In this document: one piece after another, positions 21,428 through 29,052 of the stretch
How the letters are laid out: each line of letters opens with the position of its first letter
Position numbering within the stretch: the stretch's first letter is position 1
DNA from: an uncultured Victivallales bacterium
GTDB taxonomy: Bacteria; Verrucomicrobiota; Lentisphaeria; Victivallales; UBA1829
Assembly (NCBI GenBank): GCA_944390795.1
Contig: CALXRI010000001.1
Location: forward strand, 221,979 to 285,978
Direction of reading: 5' to 3'
Length of the DNA: 64,000 bases
The notes under the pieces: generated by a model
Database searches by the model: none
What the model was told of the DNA's origin: nothing
What the model saw: the letters and a program-made list of their open reading frames with translations, nothing else
Translations under genes and position numbers: made by a program

Positions 21428-22534
21428 TCAATATCCCGCGACCTTCAGTGCGAGCAGAGCATAGGCGGTCACCAGTTCCGGCATCGATTCCATCCAGCGG
21501 CCGGATTTCCGGTTGATCCAGCTTCCGTCGGGGAGCTGCGTGCCGGAAAGCTGTTTCAGAAGATCCGCGCGCCAGTCGTGCTGTTTTCCGTCCGGCGTGC
21601 GGACCGTGTCCGATCCGAGCGCGGCATGCGCCTTGGCAAATGTCTGAAGATAGTAATAGAGCCCGTTCGGCCCGACGCCGGGATTTTCCGCGACGGTGTA
21701 GTGACGTGCCGCCCATTCCGCAGCCGCCTTCACACGCGGATCGTTCCTGCCGACCTTTGCATAGATCATGCTTTTGAGTCCGGCATAGGTCATGCTCCCG
21801 TAGGAGCGGAGCGTGCGCGGCAGTCCCGTCTTCATATCGTGCGGCGTATCCTCCTCCAGTTTGTAGATGAAGCCGCCATGATTCGGATCATCCGGATCGG
21901 AGACCACCCAGGTTTCGCGGTTCGTTTCCGGCAGATGCTGAACCTTTGTCAGGAACTGTTCGAGCCGCTTCCAGGCGAGATCGGCCTTCTGCGTATCGGC
22001 GGAGGACTTTGCCTCCGGTTCGCGGTCGAGATGATCCGTCAGATAGAGCGCCTCGGCAACCCACTGGGTGTTGGAGAGATCGACATGCGCGGCGCCGCGC
22101 GGATCGGGCCCGTAGCCGAAACCGCCGCAGTTCCGCGATTCCGGATCACTGTTCTGCAGATTGAGCAGCCATTTCCGGGCGTTGCGCATGACCGTTTCAT
22201 CCTCTTTGCAATTCAGGGTCGCCAGCGCGGCGAGTGCGATCGCGGTTGTGTAGGTCGGATATTCCCTTCTGCGGTTTGCCAGCCAGATCGAACCGTCCTT
22301 CCGCACGTGTTTCAGAAGATAGGCGCGTCCGCGCCCGATGGCTTCGGGATGCTTCCCGTGCAAGGCCATGCAGACCAGGCCGGTGATTGCCGGATGCCTT
22401 CCCCAGGAGCCGTCTTTTCCCTGCCGGGTCAGAAGATAGTCCTCTCCTTTTTTCACGACCGGATTCTCCGCACCGGAAAGGGTGACGGCAGCAATCCCAA
22501 GAATCAGCCAAAGCGGCCATTTTCTCATTTGCAA
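21428..22534 (-). CDS. Secreted prenyltransferase/squalene-oxidase-repeat (terpenoid-cyclase fold) protein
   Basis: Signal peptide MQMRKWPLWLILGIAAVTLSG. Repeated DGSW..T..ALLAL units (QGKDGSWG, RKDGSIW, LPDGSWI). Confidence 0.7.
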   Translation of the reverse strand: MQMRKWPLWLILGIAAVTLSGAENPVVKKGEDYLLTRQGKDGSWGRHPAITGLVCMALHGKHPEAIGRGRAYLLKHVRKDGSIWLANRRREYPTYTTAIALAALATLNCKEDETVMRNARKWLLNLQNSDPESRNCGGFGYGPDPRGAAHVDLSNTQWVAEALYLTDHLDREPEAKSSADTQKADLAWKRLEQFLTKVQHLPETNRETWVVSDPDDPNHGGFIYKLEEDTPHDMKTGLPRTLRSYGSMTYAGLKSMIYAKVGRNDPRVKAAAEWAARHYTVAENPGVGPNGLYYYLQTFAKAHAALGSDTVRTPDGKQHDWRADLLKQLSGTQLPDGSWINRKSGRWMESMPELVTAYALLALKVAGY

Positions 22535-22568
22535 CTCCTTCTTCTTTCTTTGTCTCTTTTCTTAAAAG

Positions 22569-22625
22569 ACGGAAAAATGCGAGAGCATTTTTCTCTGGGT
22601 CAAGGGCCCTTTGGCCCTTGCGCGA
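22569..22625 (-). repeat. Mosaic intergenic repeat, copy B (hairpin module only, inverted relative to copy A)
   Basis: ACGGAAAAATGC-GAGA-GCATTTTT hairpin, followed by the CAAGGGCC-CTTT-GGCCCTTG hairpin. Lies in the 98-nt gap between the permease and the prenyltransferase-like gene. Confidence 0.55.
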
Positions 22626-22632
22626 AATCCAT

Positions 22633-25326
22633 TTATTCTTCTTCCCTCCCGTCGAAAAATTTTCTCCGCATGGGCAGCAATGCGGGGATCAGCGTCCCCG
22701 CGAGGCAAACCCCGAGCACAGTCAGGCATCCACTTCCGACGCGTCCCCACGGGACGGCAAAATTCCACCCCATGCCGCCGAAAAAGCTCAGGCTGGAAGC
22801 CATCTGGGCGCTGCATATTCCCGAAAAAATCCCGAAAAGAAAACTGACGAGCGCCGCCGCGACGCCGACCATCAGAAACTCCGCCGTCACGAGCCGCACC
22901 GCACCGAATGCGGAGAGTCCGACCATGCGCATGGTCCGGAGCTCCCGGCGCCGCGCATGAACGGCGCAGAAGGCAGTCGAAGCCACTGCAAGCGCAGTTG
23001 CGCACAGAATCACGAGCGGCAGATTCAGCATCCCGCTGACCACCTGATCCGTTCTGCGCAGAATCGAATTTCGCAGGAAATCGCGCGAAACGAGTTTCAC
23101 GTATTCGTGCGAAATTCTGCTTCTGCCGCCTCCCGGCACACGGTAGAATTCTCCGGTATTCCGGGCGGCAAGCGCCGCAAGGGAGCGCCGCACTTCCTCC
23201 TCCCGTGTGCCGGGGGCAAGATTCATCCAGAGGAAGTTCACCCGTTTTAAGTCGAATTCGCGCGCAATGTTCTCATACGAACCGAACACCATTGCGGCGG
23301 TGCGCGGTGCGCGGCGGCGTGTTCCGGAGTATTTGGAAAACCAGTGCCAGCCCTGGAAGGCGATCACCCCGGCGACGGTAAAGGTCAGGCGCGTCCCGGG
23401 CGCCTCCGGGGGGATCACCTCGAAGGAATCTCCGGCACGCAGTCCCGTCACCAGGGAAAAGTGTTCGGGAATGACGCAGCAGCAGCCGCTTTTCAGGAGC
23501 GCGAGCGCATGTTCCCGGTCCGTCAGCCATTGAAAGGGAAGAAACGGATTGTTTCCTGAATAGGCGGCAGTGTCCAGTCCCATGAAGACGACATTGTCCT
23601 GCCGCACAACGTTCCGGAGACGCCGGCTTCCGGCCGGATCCCCGGCGAGTTTCCCCTGTTCAACTGCGACGGGATACGCTTCTTTCACTCCGGGAATGGT
23701 TCTGACGCGTGCGATGTCCGCATGGTTCAGTCCGCCCGGAAGAACCGCGGCAAAGAGATCCGGCATCCACGCGCCGGGCAGGAACGGCAGAAGAAGCGAC
23801 GCGCTCCAGATCACAATCATCATATAGAAGCCGAGCCCTGCGGAGAGTGCGCCGCACAGCAGGGCGTCACGCCGGAATCCTGCGGAAAGCTGCGAGCGGA
23901 GAAAGAGCGGAGAAAGCCGGAAAAGTCCTGCCGCCGGCAGGCAGAGGAAGCGTCCTGTCAGAAGGAGGATTCCCGGTGTCAGAAGCAGAAAAGCGACAGC
24001 CTGCACGGGACAGCCGGCAAATCCGTAAAGCGCAATCCGGAGCTTCTCCGGAATTCCCGGCAGAAAAACGATCAGGGGATTGACCGCCAGAAGCGGAAGA
24101 GCGCTCGAAAAGATTTTCCAGACACGTCCGGATACAATCCCAGGCTCCTGTTTTGCAAAGGCTTCCATCGGCGGAACCGATGCCGCGCGGAAGGCGGGAA
24201 TCAGCGCGCCGCCGACGGCCGAGGCGCAGGAAAACATTCCGCTTACGACAATGCTCCAGATTCCGGTCTGAAGCGGAAAAGAGAGAATTTTCAGAAGAAT
24301 CACTCCGGCTGCAAGGCCGCAGAGCCAGGAGGAAACGGCGAGAATGCTTCCTTCGCAGAGCAGAATCCCGAAAATCTGTCTTTTCGTGAACCCGTTCATG
24401 CGCAGCATCGCAAATGAACGGCGTTCCTCGTCCACTTCCATGTTCAGAATGGAAAAGACGAGGAAAAAAGCGACAAGAAAACTGACACTGCCTGCGGAGA
24501 AGACCTGCATCCGGGCATTGTCCGCACTCGCACTTTCCCGCAGGGCGTTTTCAATGTCTTTCCGCACAAGAAGCAGGTGCCGCGCATCGTTCCCGTTGCG
24601 TTGTTTCCATTCCCGGACGGAAACTCCGGGGGACAGGCGGACGGCGGCATAGGCGGTCCCGATGTTTCCGCCCGCACAGCGGCGGGCATCGTCAAGCGTC
24701 ACGTAAATTGTGCGCGAGGGCGGCGCGCGGAAGGAATCGCTTTCGGAAATCGTCGAGAAGTGTTTTCCGGCGGGATTTTCCGCAATGATCCCGACAAGGC
24801 GGAAACGGAAGAATCCCGCGGCGGAACGAACGACGATTTCGTTTCCCGTCTTCCATTTCCGCCGGGCGGCGGTGGAAGCGTCCGCGACCGCCTCGCCGGA
24901 GCGGCCCGAAAGCCAGCGGCCTGTTTTCACGGGAAGCGGCGGCGTTTTTGCGTCGGTTCCGGTCAGCACGGGTCCGCGGCGCGGCAGTCCGTACATCGGA
25001 ACCGGCGTTTCCGCACGTTTCCGTCCGGCGACATTGATATCCACATGCGCAAAGCGCGCCAGAGTTTTTACGGCGGGTTCGCCCCCCCAGCGTTTCAGGA
25101 GCGTTTCATCCAGATATGCGGATGCCGTCCGATGCGGAAAAACCAGGAGGTCCGCATCGCCCGTCATCAGCGCGGCGTCGCGCGCGGCGGAGGCTGTGAG
25201 CGTATCGTAAGAGGCGGCGGACCAGAGCGCGATGCAGACTGTCACCGTGATCGTCAGGAACACCGGCAGAGTGCGCAGCGGCGCGCGGCCGAGGCGCAGA
25301 AGGGCGAGATGCAGTGCCACTCTCAT
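22633..25326 (-). CDS. ABC transporter permease with two FtsX/MacB-type domains
   Basis: 897 aa with two blocks of 4 TM segments, each preceded by a large extracytoplasmic domain. ATGA overlap with the ATPase gene (25323-25326). Confidence 0.8.
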   Translation of the reverse strand: MRVALHLALLRLGRAPLRTLPVFLTITVTVCIALWSAASYDTLTASAARDAALMTGDADLLVFPHRTASAYLDETLLKRWGGEPAVKTLARFAHVDINVAGRKRAETPVPMYGLPRRGPVLTGTDAKTPPLPVKTGRWLSGRSGEAVADASTAARRKWKTGNEIVVRSAAGFFRFRLVGIIAENPAGKHFSTISESDSFRAPPSRTIYVTLDDARRCAGGNIGTAYAAVRLSPGVSVREWKQRNGNDARHLLLVRKDIENALRESASADNARMQVFSAGSVSFLVAFFLVFSILNMEVDEERRSFAMLRMNGFTKRQIFGILLCEGSILAVSSWLCGLAAGVILLKILSFPLQTGIWSIVVSGMFSCASAVGGALIPAFRAASVPPMEAFAKQEPGIVSGRVWKIFSSALPLLAVNPLIVFLPGIPEKLRIALYGFAGCPVQAVAFLLLTPGILLLTGRFLCLPAAGLFRLSPLFLRSQLSAGFRRDALLCGALSAGLGFYMMIVIWSASLLLPFLPGAWMPDLFAAVLPGGLNHADIARVRTIPGVKEAYPVAVEQGKLAGDPAGSRRLRNVVRQDNVVFMGLDTAAYSGNNPFLPFQWLTDREHALALLKSGCCCVIPEHFSLVTGLRAGDSFEVIPPEAPGTRLTFTVAGVIAFQGWHWFSKYSGTRRRAPRTAAMVFGSYENIAREFDLKRVNFLWMNLAPGTREEEVRRSLAALAARNTGEFYRVPGGGRSRISHEYVKLVSRDFLRNSILRRTDQVVSGMLNLPLVILCATALAVASTAFCAVHARRRELRTMRMVGLSAFGAVRLVTAEFLMVGVAAALVSFLFGIFSGICSAQMASSLSFFGGMGWNFAVPWGRVGSGCLTVLGVCLAGTLIPALLPMRRKFFDGREEE

Positions 25327-26057
25327 TTCCCTTGCTCCAGAATCCGGTGATATTCTGAGGAGAGCATGTTTATGGAAAGTCCTTTGGTCGTGGCGATTTC
25401 TCCGGCGAATGCGCCGTCCCGGAGTATGAGCACCCGGTTTGCCGCCAGAGCGACGGCGGGTTCATGCGTGACCATCACGATTGTGCGTCTTTCTTCATCG
25501 CAGAGTGTCCGGAGCAGTTTGCAGAACTCCTGTCCGGCGGCCGAGTCCAGGCTTCCCGTCGGTTCGTCGGCAAGGATCAGAGCGGGTTCCGGAAGCAGAG
25601 CGCGCCCGATCGCGGCGCGCTGCTGCTCGCCGCCGCTCAGGGAGAGCGGATAACTAGTCAGTTTGTCTGCAATTCCGAGTTTTTCAGCCAATGCGCGGCA
25701 ACGTGCCGTGTCGGGAGCGGCATTCCCTGCCAGAAGCGGCAGAAGCATATTTTCCTCTACGGTCAGATTCGAAATCAGGTTGAACGACTGGAAGATGAGC
25801 GCAATTTTTGTCCGGCGGAGGCGGCTCAGCGCGGCATCGCCCAATTCTGCGAGTTCCACGCCGTCCACCTGAACGTGTCCCGCGTCCAGCCCGATCAGTC
25901 CGGCGGCGGCATGAAGCAGTGTGCTCTTACCGGAACCGCTCGGTCCCATGACCGCCAGAAAATCGCCCCGTTCGACGCGGAGGCTGAGCGAGTCAAGCAC
26001 TCTCCGGGCGGAATAGATCTTTACGGCACTTTCAATGAGAAGCGGGCAGTCCGGCAT
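25323..26057 (-). CDS. ABC transporter ATP-binding protein (MacB/LolD-like)
   Basis: Walker A GPSGSGKSTLL, signature LSGGEQQR, Walker B ILADEPTGSLD. Confidence 0.95.
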   Translation of the reverse strand: MPDCPLLIESAVKIYSARRVLDSLSLRVERGDFLAVMGPSGSGKSTLLHAAAGLIGLDAGHVQVDGVELAELGDAALSRLRRTKIALIFQSFNLISNLTVEENMLLPLLAGNAAPDTARCRALAEKLGIADKLTSYPLSLSGGEQQRAAIGRALLPEPALILADEPTGSLDSAAGQEFCKLLRTLCDEERRTIVMVTHEPAVALAANRVLILRDGAFAGEIATTKGLSINMLSSEYHRILEQGK

Positions 26058-26068
26058 GGAAAATCCTC

Positions 26069-26908
26069 CTAGCGGTAAGAGACATGCGGGGATTCCGCGA
26101 CGGTGCCGAGTCCCGCGGTGATGTTGTTCGGGCGCGGTCCGAACGGATAATGCATGAAGTTTGCAAAATTGGCGACCGGTTCCCCGAAACGGTGTCCGTC
26201 ATCGACCGTTTTGACGAGGATGCGCATGTCGCCCGCGTGTCCGTCCATATAGACGATGTTCGAGGTCCCGCCCGCGTGCCGGAAGACGAAATTGCTCATG
26301 GTCGTGTATCCGGTTTTGGCTCCGGAAAGCATCGGGGAAATGTCCATCCATTCCGATTCGCCGACCGGATCGGCGGCCTGATAATCCAGCCAGAGCGCGC
26401 GTTTCGAAGGAGGATATTGTTCCATGAACGGCAGATCGACGCGTCGCCATGCGCCGACCGTCCCGGCGGAACTGGGCATTTCCGTGTCGGAGAGGCTCGA
26501 CGCGGAGCCGCCGATGCTGACCCGGATCATTTTTCCATCCTCCGTTTTCCAGGCGGGGAGGCGTTGCAGCATGGCAGTGGCGGCGTCGGAGGGGCAGCGC
26601 GCGATTTTTTCCGGGATCGCATCACGCCCGAAATAGCGCACGAATCCCGCCTTCTTTTCAAGATAATGCCGCACATCCGGATAGTATCCCGCGTAATCGC
26701 CGAGATATCCCGAAGTTGCGAAAGAATACTGTTTCAGGAGATTCGTGCAGGCGGTCTTTCCCGCCCGTGCGCGCGCCGCCCCGAGCGCGGGAAAAAGAAG
26801 TCCGGCCAGAATCGCGAGAATTGCGGCGACGACAAGGAGCTCCAGAAGAGTGAACTCCTTCCGCGGCATCCGCCTTGTTTCGTTTCCGCCGGCATTCCGT
26901 TTCATCAT
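26069..26908 (-). CDS. Prepilin-type N-terminal motif protein, H-X9-DG-like pseudopilin paralog (P2)
   Basis: RKE-FTLLELLVVAAILAILAGLLFPAL and FRHAGGTSNIVYMDGH. Start set at ATG 26908 (RBS AAGGAAAG) instead of the track start at 27073. Its stop codon lies inside the RBS of the ABC ATPase. Confidence 0.8.
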   Translation of the reverse strand: MMKRNAGGNETRRMPRKEFTLLELLVVAAILAILAGLLFPALGAARARAGKTACTNLLKQYSFATSGYLGDYAGYYPDVRHYLEKKAGFVRYFGRDAIPEKIARCPSDAATAMLQRLPAWKTEDGKMIRVSIGGSASSLSDTEMPSSAGTVGAWRRVDLPFMEQYPPSKRALWLDYQAADPVGESEWMDISPMLSGAKTGYTTMSNFVFRHAGGTSNIVYMDGHAGDMRILVKTVDDGHRFGEPVANFANFMHYPFGPRPNNITAGLGTVAESPHVSYR

Positions 26909-27110
26909 GCAGCTTTCCTTTTTCCGTAGTGTAACATTTTTCCCGGAAAAATACAAGCATTCCTTTCCGTGTTTTTCAAAAAAGAGAGCATATGTCTGCG
27001 CAGAAGGACGCCGGACGGACAGGGAACCTGCCGGTTCGTGTCTTCCCTGCGGCGGGGAATCTCTTTTGAACATTGCGATGAAACGCCGGATATTTTTTTG
27101 TTATTTTACC

Positions 27111-27138
27111 TTGACAAAGCCGGAATTCTGTTTATAAT
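27111..27138 (+). promoter_or_regulatory. Sigma70-type promoter of the GntR-type regulator
   Basis: TTGACA - 16 nt - TATAAT in an AT-rich divergent region. Confidence 0.6.
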
Positions 27139-27160
27139 ATAGAACAGAAATATAAATTAT

Positions 27161-27179
27161 TGTATTATTTAATAATACA
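27161..27179. promoter_or_regulatory. Candidate operator: perfect 9-1-9 palindrome
   Basis: TGTATTATT-T-AATAATACA lies between the -10 element and the ATG of the GntR-HTH regulator. The ends are TGTA...TACA. Confidence 0.4.
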
Positions 27180-27197
27180 TAAAATCTTTTTCATGAC

Positions 27198-28241
27198 ATG
27201 ATGTACAACGGAAACAAGATTTTGAAAACCGAATTCGTGATCCGGTATCTGCTGGGCAGGATCCGCCAGAGCGGTCCGGAACCGGAACTTCTCCCGGGGG
27301 AGATGGAACTGTGCGCACAGCTCAATGTCAGCCGGGTGACTGTCCGCCGCGCCCTGGAATCGCTCTCCGCAGCGAATTACATCATCCGTCTGCCGAAACG
27401 AAAAGGTGCTTTTTCCAATCCGGAGATGGCGAAAAACGTTCCCTGCACCATCGGGATTGTCGCGTCAGGCTGTCCTTTTCAGATGAACGGTTCTTCCGCC
27501 ATTTCGCTCAGTTCGTTTCTGAAGAAGATGGGAGCCTGCGAACTTTTTTCCTGGGAATATGTTTTTTTGAGCATCAATCCGGACGACGATCCGGATCCGG
27601 TCATTCTCAACAACAATCTGCAGGGATTGTTCTGGATTTCCCCGCCGGCGGGATGTTATCCTGCCATCCGGCGTCTGATCGAACGCCGTTTTCCCGTAGT
27701 CTGCATTGCCACGCCGTATGACTCCTATCATCCAGTTCTGGAACAGAACATGATTTTGCGGAATTATGCCTCTTCGGGAGAGGCGCTTGCCCGTTTTTTC
27801 CATGAAAACGCGCTCTCCAATCCGGTTTACTGCGGACTGCCGAATCTCTCCTTTGAGCGGTTTGTCTCCGGACTGCGTCAGTACGGCATCGCCTTCAATC
27901 CGGAAAACCTGATCGCCGAATCCGGGGAAATCGAGCGGAAACTTCCTCTCCTGATTGAAAAAAACGGAATCGATTCCATTGCGTCCGACGGCGGGTTTGC
28001 CCGCTATAATATTATAACGAAACTTCTGTCGGCGCATCCGGAAGCGCGGCGGATTGCTCTTGTGATGGAACGCTCCGCCGACACGCTCCATTACAGGAAC
28101 GATTATCCGAACCTGAACATCAAGCTGAATTCGATGGACACGATATCCGATTACATGTGCAGGGCCGGCGCACGGGCCGGGGAGATGTTTCAGAAGCTGA
28201 TCCGCCATCCGGGCGCAGTCTGCAATTCCATTGCGGTGTGA
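27198..28241 (+). CDS. Hybrid regulator: GntR-type winged HTH + LacI/PBP1-type sugar-binding domain (AraR-like architecture)
   Basis: LPGEMELCAQLNVSRVTVRRALESL at the N-terminus, followed by about 270 aa of periplasmic-binding-protein-like sequence. Confidence 0.75.
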   Translation: MMYNGNKILKTEFVIRYLLGRIRQSGPEPELLPGEMELCAQLNVSRVTVRRALESLSAANYIIRLPKRKGAFSNPEMAKNVPCTIGIVASGCPFQMNGSSAISLSSFLKKMGACELFSWEYVFLSINPDDDPDPVILNNNLQGLFWISPPAGCYPAIRRLIERRFPVVCIATPYDSYHPVLEQNMILRNYASSGEALARFFHENALSNPVYCGLPNLSFERFVSGLRQYGIAFNPENLIAESGEIERKLPLLIEKNGIDSIASDGGFARYNIITKLLSAHPEARRIALVMERSADTLHYRNDYPNLNIKLNSMDTISDYMCRAGARAGEMFQKLIRHPGAVCNSIAV

Positions 28242-28291
28242 GGAAAAATTAGGATATAAACAGAAAAAAGACAGCACATAAGGAGAAGAAT

Positions 28292-28945
28292 ATGAAGAAG
28301 TCATATTTTACCTTGATAGAGCTCCTCGTAGTGATTGCCATCATTGCAATTCTTGCCGCGATGCTTTTGCCGGCCCTGTCGAAAGCGCGCAATGTGGCGC
28401 AGCGGATTGCCTGCGTCAACAATCTGAAACAGGTGGGGACCGTGTTTCTGTTCTATACCAATGACTGCAACGACTGGATGCCGCCGCGGTGGTATGCCGG
28501 AGACGGTCTGGCATGGTATAAACGGTTCTGCAATACCGGTTATATCACATTCAAAAAGGATTACAAATGGCTTTACTGCCACTCTTACGTCACCCCGGAA
28601 CAACAGGCTGAAGTGGAGCAATTCCCGACTGCGGCGAATGGCTCCATGTACATTTACGGCATGAAGTATCTGTCGGATGACTTCCGGAAAATGTCTGATG
28701 TTCTGCAGGGCAGAAATGCATCTTTCCGCAAACCGGGACGGTGGGACTGGTTTTCGGATACGAAGGAAAAAGACCGGCCCCGTCAGTCTTACTGGTATTA
28801 TTCCACTCAAACGTCAGACGAGGGACCCAGGATTCACCTGCGTCACGGGAGAACAGTGAATCAGTGGTTTCTGGACGGACATCTGGAATCCCGGACACTG
28901 CAGAGTGTTTTATCGGCATATCCCGATGCGAAATACGCATTCTGA
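28292..28945 (+). CDS. Prepilin-type N-terminal motif protein, H-X9-DG pseudopilin paralog (P3)
   Basis: [29 protein letters not shown] and [14 protein letters not shown] (exact H-X9-DG spacing). RBS AAGGAG. Confidence 0.85.
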   Translation: MKKSYFTLIELLVVIAIIAILAAMLLPALSKARNVAQRIACVNNLKQVGTVFLFYTNDCNDWMPPRWYAGDGLAWYKRFCNTGYITFKKDYKWLYCHSYVTPEQQAEVEQFPTAANGSMYIYGMKYLSDDFRKMSDVLQGRNASFRKPGRWDWFSDTKEKDRPRQSYWYYSTQTSDEGPRIHLRHGRTVNQWFLDGHLESRTLQSVLSAYPDAKYAF

Positions 28946-29052
28946 AAACATATATTCCGGGTTGAGCTTCGGATTCGGAAGGCGCTGATACGGAACTTGT
29001 CTGTTCAGGAATCATATAAAAAGTCATATTTCATTGCAGGAAAGGAATCGTC

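Noticed and set aside
19322-22612. Inverted repeat copies A and B as the ends of a transposon or an invertible DNA segment
   Set aside because: No transposase, integrase or invertase gene lies between or next to them. The enclosed genes (antiporter, ybaK, prenyltransferase-like) are ordinary. The repeats are short (about 44 nt, about 84 percent identity) and I saw no target-site duplication. I treat them as REP-like elements.
26909-27073. N-terminal extensions of track ORFs. Examples: P2 from 27073, HMGL from 6475, rlmN from 10650, lacI from 45787, NUDIX from 50997, the FabK-like gene from 56676, and 32730 for the 263-aa protein
   Set aside because: The extensions lack RBS support, overlap upstream genes or promoter elements, and are not needed for the conserved domains. 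Downstream ATGs with Shine-Dalgarno sequences fit the family N-termini better.
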